A stretch of 64,000 nucleotides of DNA from Ylistrum balloti (lineage: Eukaryota). The stretch's first letter is position 1. Each line of letters begins with the position of its first letter. Where the stretch lies: assembly GCF_031769215.1 (NCBI RefSeq), contig NW_026781970.1:2542001-2606000 (forward strand), written 5' to 3'. The position numbers and the translations under genes were made by a program. Shown here piece by piece: positions 63,999 through 64,000 of this stretch. The notes under the pieces are model-generated. The model was not told the origin of the DNA. It did no database searches and saw only the letters and a list, made by a program, of their open reading frames with translations.

Positions 63999-64000
63999 AT

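Noticed and set aside
1-64000. rRNA, tRNA, prokaryotic operons
   Set aside because: No recognisable conserved rRNA or tRNA sequence and no dense intact ORFs; the intron-exon structure shows a eukaryotic locus.

Overview
AT-rich eukaryotic (metazoan) genomic DNA with spliceosomal GT-AG introns and one assembly gap (N155 at 19232-19386). The repeat families suggest a bivalve mollusc, possibly a scallop (inference). The one confidently identifiable host gene is SMG5 (nonsense-mediated decay factor): six minus-strand exons between 39488 and 30541 splice in phase into the C-terminal 201 aa, covering the coiled linker and the degenerate PIN domain. I could not find its N-terminal exons in the window. 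Mobile DNA includes a decayed but full-length Tc1 (DD34E) element at 7-1311, a TA-flanked MITE at 6475-6665 and several HINE/CvA-like non-autonomous elements. There are at least 13 tandem arrays with units of 24-141 bp. The window splits near 27.5 kb into a CpG-rich left part and a CpG-poor right part, as expected from gene-body methylation. The 10-22 kb block carries several long, stop-poor or frameshift-broken reading frames that I cannot assign. It may be an old endogenous large-DNA-virus or large-transposon relic and is the best candidate for something undescribed, but this is unproven. No rRNA, tRNA or CRISPR array was found. Nearly all ORF-track entries are chance ORFs or repeat read-through.
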